Positions 57,336-64,000 of a DNA stretch of 64,000 nt are shown here, piece by piece. The stretch comes from Octopus vulgaris (taxonomy: Eukaryota). The notes under the pieces were generated by a model. That model made no database searches, was not told the origin of the DNA, and worked only from the letters and a program-made list of their open reading frames with translations. A program made the translations under genes and the position numbers. Every line of letters starts with the position of its first letter. The stretch's first letter is position 1. Location: NCBI GenBank assembly GCA_951406725.2, contig OX597820.1:5518001-5582000 (forward strand), written 5' to 3'.

Positions 57336-58224
57336 TCTGCCTCTTTCTTTCTCTCTCTCTCTCTCCATATATATATATATATATATACATATACACATGT
57401 GCTAATGTATACTATATATATATATATATGATTATACGCTCACACAATCACGTGCACATGCCCTCACATACCACACTACACGCATACGCATGCTCGCTCA
57501 TGCATATTCACATGCACATACAAGCTCAGATTTATATATGGATCATAATCCAGACCCCAGACCCCGGACCCCAGACCCCAGACCCCATTCCAATCCTGGG
57601 AAGCTCACTTAGCTTGGACCTAAGGCGTACAAACTATATTCAGAGCAAATAAATAAATAATTTATAATTTTATTCTTTGCTTCCTTAAATTCTTTTTAAT
57701 CGAAAAGGGTTCTTTAAAAATCACTGAACCCTCTTCTGATTTATTGGACTCTGACCCTAATTTAAACAAACAAACACGAGTTTTAACTGAATCCCTCTGA
57801 ATCTCTCGAGGTACTTTTAGGTTCCGTGGCCCTCTTTAAGGTGCTTGAGCTATTTTTAAAGTTTTGCCTTTGAAAACTACTTTGAGCTTACGTTTTTTTC
57901 TCACGTCATAAGAGGCCAATCAACAGCAGTGAACCTATCCAAGCAAATAAACAAGGCAGCATCAACATATCAGACATGTTCTTACTACTGGTAGCCATCA
58001 AAAGTTCGAAACATCTTTTATCTTTTACTTGTTCCAGACATTTAACTGCGGCCATGTTGGGGCGCCGCTATGATGGGTTTTTAATCGAACAAATCAACTT
58101 CAGGACTCATTTCTTTAAAGCGCAGTACTTATTTTATCTTCGGTCTCTTTTTCCGAACCGCTTTCTTAAAAGGACGTAAATATGCCAACACCGGTTGTCA
58201 AGCAGTGATGGTGAAGAAACACAG

Positions 58225-58259
<35 letters not shown>

Positions 58260-58472
58260 AGAGGAGAGACCACGAAGTGGATTCCTTGTATGCTAAAAAT
58301 AGACGTCAGACCGTCCTACCACGAGCCAATTAAAAAGGGTGGCTTATTAGCAGTTAGACCGTAAGGGCAAAATTAACAGAGGTCACAAAAGTGACAGACG
58401 GTGCTGACTATAACCACTTTTGCAAAAAAAATAAGCTAAAATACTTGAAAGCCATAAAAGCACTGTCTCTAA

Positions 58473-58582
<110 letters not shown>

Positions 58583-59713
58583 GCAGTCGTGGATCAAAAA
58601 GAGGCCGAGGAAGGGCGAATGGCACCGCGAGTGTCGCGTTGCTCTCAAGCAACTCTGCCGTCCTGGGTCGACCTTGAGTGACTTCAACACAACCAAAGCA
58701 TTCTATAGGGGTTTAGTGGAGGGGAGGTACGACGACGAGCTCGGGGCGAACCTGGACGTCGACGAGGAGTACCTGACCCGCCTGTTCAGGACGACTTTCG
58801 GGCCAGGGCCCATGGACAACTTCCAGAGATCCCTGGCCTGGCAGTGCTACCGAGAAGCGCTACCCGTTCGGGATAAGCTCTACAGACACGGCTCGAGAAA
58901 CACGGGGCCGACCTGCCCGAGATGCGGTCAGAGCGACGAAACCGTTCTGCACGCACTCGTGCAGTGTCCAACAATTTCCGACCTGTGGGCTTGTGTCGAA
59001 CAACTGCTGTCACGTGTGGGACGAGTCGGTTTATCAGCTGAGTCTATCGTTAATATTGTCACGCCTCCCTCCTTCAAACGGGAAGGAAGAGCTATTTTCA
59101 TCATCCTTGTGGCTATGGCGAAAGAATGTATCTGGTGGACGCGTCTGAAAGGATTGGAGACAAACACTTTCCTCTCTGGTCAATCTCTCATCAACTTCTT
59201 CAAGTACCACTTGAAAAGGAAAGTGAGAGTAGAGAGGCAAGTTTTGTCTAGCGAATGTTTTAAAAAAAGATGGGTGAATGTAGCAAGAATGGCACGTATG
59301 AATGACGAAGCCACCTTGAACATGATCCTATGAACCCAGAAATTGAAAACAGAGAGTTGCTTATTTGCAAAAAAAAAAAAAAAAGAAATATAACATGTGA
59401 CTCCATTGACCGAGGTTACCGTGGTCTTTTCCGTAGGCTTTTCTTTCCACGGGTAAACCTCACCTGTCCTCCCCTTTACACTTCATATTGACATTTCTGT
59501 GATAACGATCCCTATTGATCAAATTTTTTTTTTCTTTTTTTTTTTTTCCTCTCCCCTTTTTTTTTAACCCCCCTTTTTTGTCCTCTTTCTCTCCTTTTAC
59601 GATCCCTTTTGATCGAAACTCCCCCTTCCTTTTTTTTTAAACCTTCAAAAGAAAAGCTCTACCTTGTAATTTGTTCTATCTGTGTGCAGCCCTGTGTGGC
59701 TAATAAAGAAACA
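58583..59713 (+). mobile_element. Tx1/L1-clade LINE 3' end (zf-RVT domain, 3' UTR) inserted in (TATC)n
   Basis: Uninterrupted ORF to 59333: SLAWQCYREALPVRDKL..TCPRCGQSDETVLHALVQCP..W..AKECIWWTR; T-rich UTR, AATAAA at 59702; (CTAT)n on both sides. Confidence 0.9.
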
Positions 59714-59800
<87 letters not shown>

Positions 59801-60038
59801 ATGTGTGTGTGTGTGTGACGGGATTCTTTTAGTTTCTGTCAACCAAATCCACTTACAAGGCTTTGGTCGTTCCATGGTTATAGTTGAAGACACATGCCCA
59901 AGGTGCCACACAGTGGGATCGAACTCTGAACTATGTAGTTGGGAAGCAAGCTTCTTACAACACAGTCACGCATGCGCTATATATGCTCTTTGTGTTAGGA
60001 TTATTATTTACAATGTTACCTTTGGCTTTACAAAGCAT

Positions 60039-60310
60039 ACCTATTTCTCTTCTACCCACGAAGCGGCAGACGAAATATCTATTTCTTTACTACTCACAAG
60101 GGGCTAAACACAGAGAGGACAAACAAGGACAGACAAACGGATTAAGTCGATTATATCGACCCCAGTGCATAACTGGTATTTAATTTATCGACCCCGAAAG
60201 GATGAAAGGCAAAGTCTACCTCGGTGGAATTTGAACACAGAACGTAATGGCAGACGAAATACCGCTGAGCATTTCGCCCGTCGCGCTAACGTTTCTGCCA
60301 GCTCGCCGCC
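60039..60310 (-). mobile_element. SINE family A with 15-bp TSD CTTTACAAAGCATAC
   Basis: Match to family A; short extra tail/head chimera at 60039-60080. Confidence 0.88.
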
Positions 60311-61397
60311 TTTACAAAGCATACTCTGTTGATTACAACTAAGCGGTTGAAAATTACACACGCAATATCGTAGCCCCGCCAACTCCGAACCCCTTTGGTG
60401 CAGGCGACCCATTAGGCCTGAATACGGTTCTCTACATATATCTCTCTTTCAGTTTACCCAAAGAAAACCAATTACGAAAACCCCAACAAAATTTTGTTTG
60501 GCCACCATAACGATTCAGTGTATAAGGCTGCTTAGGACTTATGTATTTGTGTGTGTGTATCTGTGTGTGTGTGAGTGTGAGTGTATGTGAGTGTGTGTGT
60601 GCGTGAGTGAGTGAGTGTGTCTGTGTGTGAGTGTGTGTGAGTGTGTGTGTGTGATTGCATGTGTGCGTGAGTGTGTGAGTGTGTCTGTGTGTGAGTGTGT
60701 GTGAGTGTGTATGTGCGAGTGTATGTGTGAGTGTGTGTGAGTGTGTGATTACATGTGTGCGTGTGTGAGCGTGCGTGTGAATGTGTGTGCGTGTCAGTGT
60801 GTGTATGCGGGTGTATGTGATTGTGTGTGTATTTGTATGTTTGTGTGTGTATGTGTGTGTGTGATTGTGAGTATGTGTGCATGTGTGAGTGTGTATGTGA
60901 ATGAATACGTGTGTGTGTGTGTGTATGTATTACGTGTATGCAATCATGGCAGTGTGGATGTGTGTGTGTGGGGGAGAGGGCTAAAGTCACGAATTATAAA
61001 ATGGCGTTTGGTGCAATAGACGAAGCCGTACGATTTTGCCAGCGGATCACAATTTGCAACCTAGACGTCGTGACTTTTGGCCCACGCGCTATAAGTACAA
61101 GTTAGATTGTAGGTGTGACACTGTGTGTGCACGTGTGTATTTTCATGAATAGGAGTGGTTATGGTCCGTGGTTCGATTCAGCTGCGAGACATCTTAACAA
61201 TTTTCTTTAACCCTTGTTCCCGACTCATCGGAAACTTCTCAGCAAATAACGGAAAACAGAACATTTGTGGGAGAGCAGAAACATTTTGGAAGCCTATCGG
61301 ATGGATTGTGACAGTACTTCGAAGTTCCAAGTCACGGAACGTCAAGGTGACTCTAGTTGAGTACTATGTGATGAATACAATTGTCTGTGGAATAATC

Positions 61398-61414
61398 AGC
61401 CACCAGAGGGCGAA
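61398..61414 (+). promoter_or_regulatory. CTCF-type motif
   Basis: AGCCACCAGAGGGCGAA matches the CCACCAGRKGGCG core; inside a degenerate SINE-like block (~61140-61450). Confidence 0.35.
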
Positions 61415-61529
61415 ATTCTATGAGTGAAGTGTTCACTTGAATATTCCACATCAAAAAACAAGAGAAATATATTGAATGTTTGATCTTTACTACACAAAAC
61501 TGTATAGGAACAACATTCTCTGTGTCACT

Positions 61530-63965
<2,436 letters not shown>

Positions 63966-64000
63966 ATAAAACCATTATAAATATATCAACAACATTTCCA

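Overview
AT-rich eukaryotic, almost certainly animal, intronic or intergenic DNA. The SINE families and the extreme density of (TA)n/(CA)n/(TACA)n/(TATC)n/(ATT)n microsatellites point to a coleoid cephalopod (Octopus-like); this is an inference, not a database result. No intact host gene is visible, and nearly all listed ORFs are translated microsatellites. The recognisable coding relics are all transposable elements: RTE LINEs (2), CR1-type LINEs (3-5), a Tx1/L1-clade LINE, a REL-endonuclease LINE fragment, a Penelope-like element (RT + GIY-YIG), Merlin/IS1595-type, Tc1 and mariner transposases, a hAT MITE with an 8-bp TSD and a Helitron-like element. More than 25 tRNA-derived SINE copies of about 4 families and a 100-N gap are also present. 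The most interesting signals are: (1) about ten minimal hammerhead-ribozyme-like motifs, mostly in short cassettes embedded in (TA)n, several with fold-back arms that break at the ribozyme and one with a 364-bp partial tandem (retrozyme/Penelope pseudo-LTR-like); (2) two SINE-LINE tail partnerships visible inside the window, including a Nin-domain SINE with a Tx1-like 3' end and a GTAT target preference; (3) a 173-bp tandem array built from a SINE head; (4) two candidate phase-1 first coding exons on +, one locked in a 19-bp stem.
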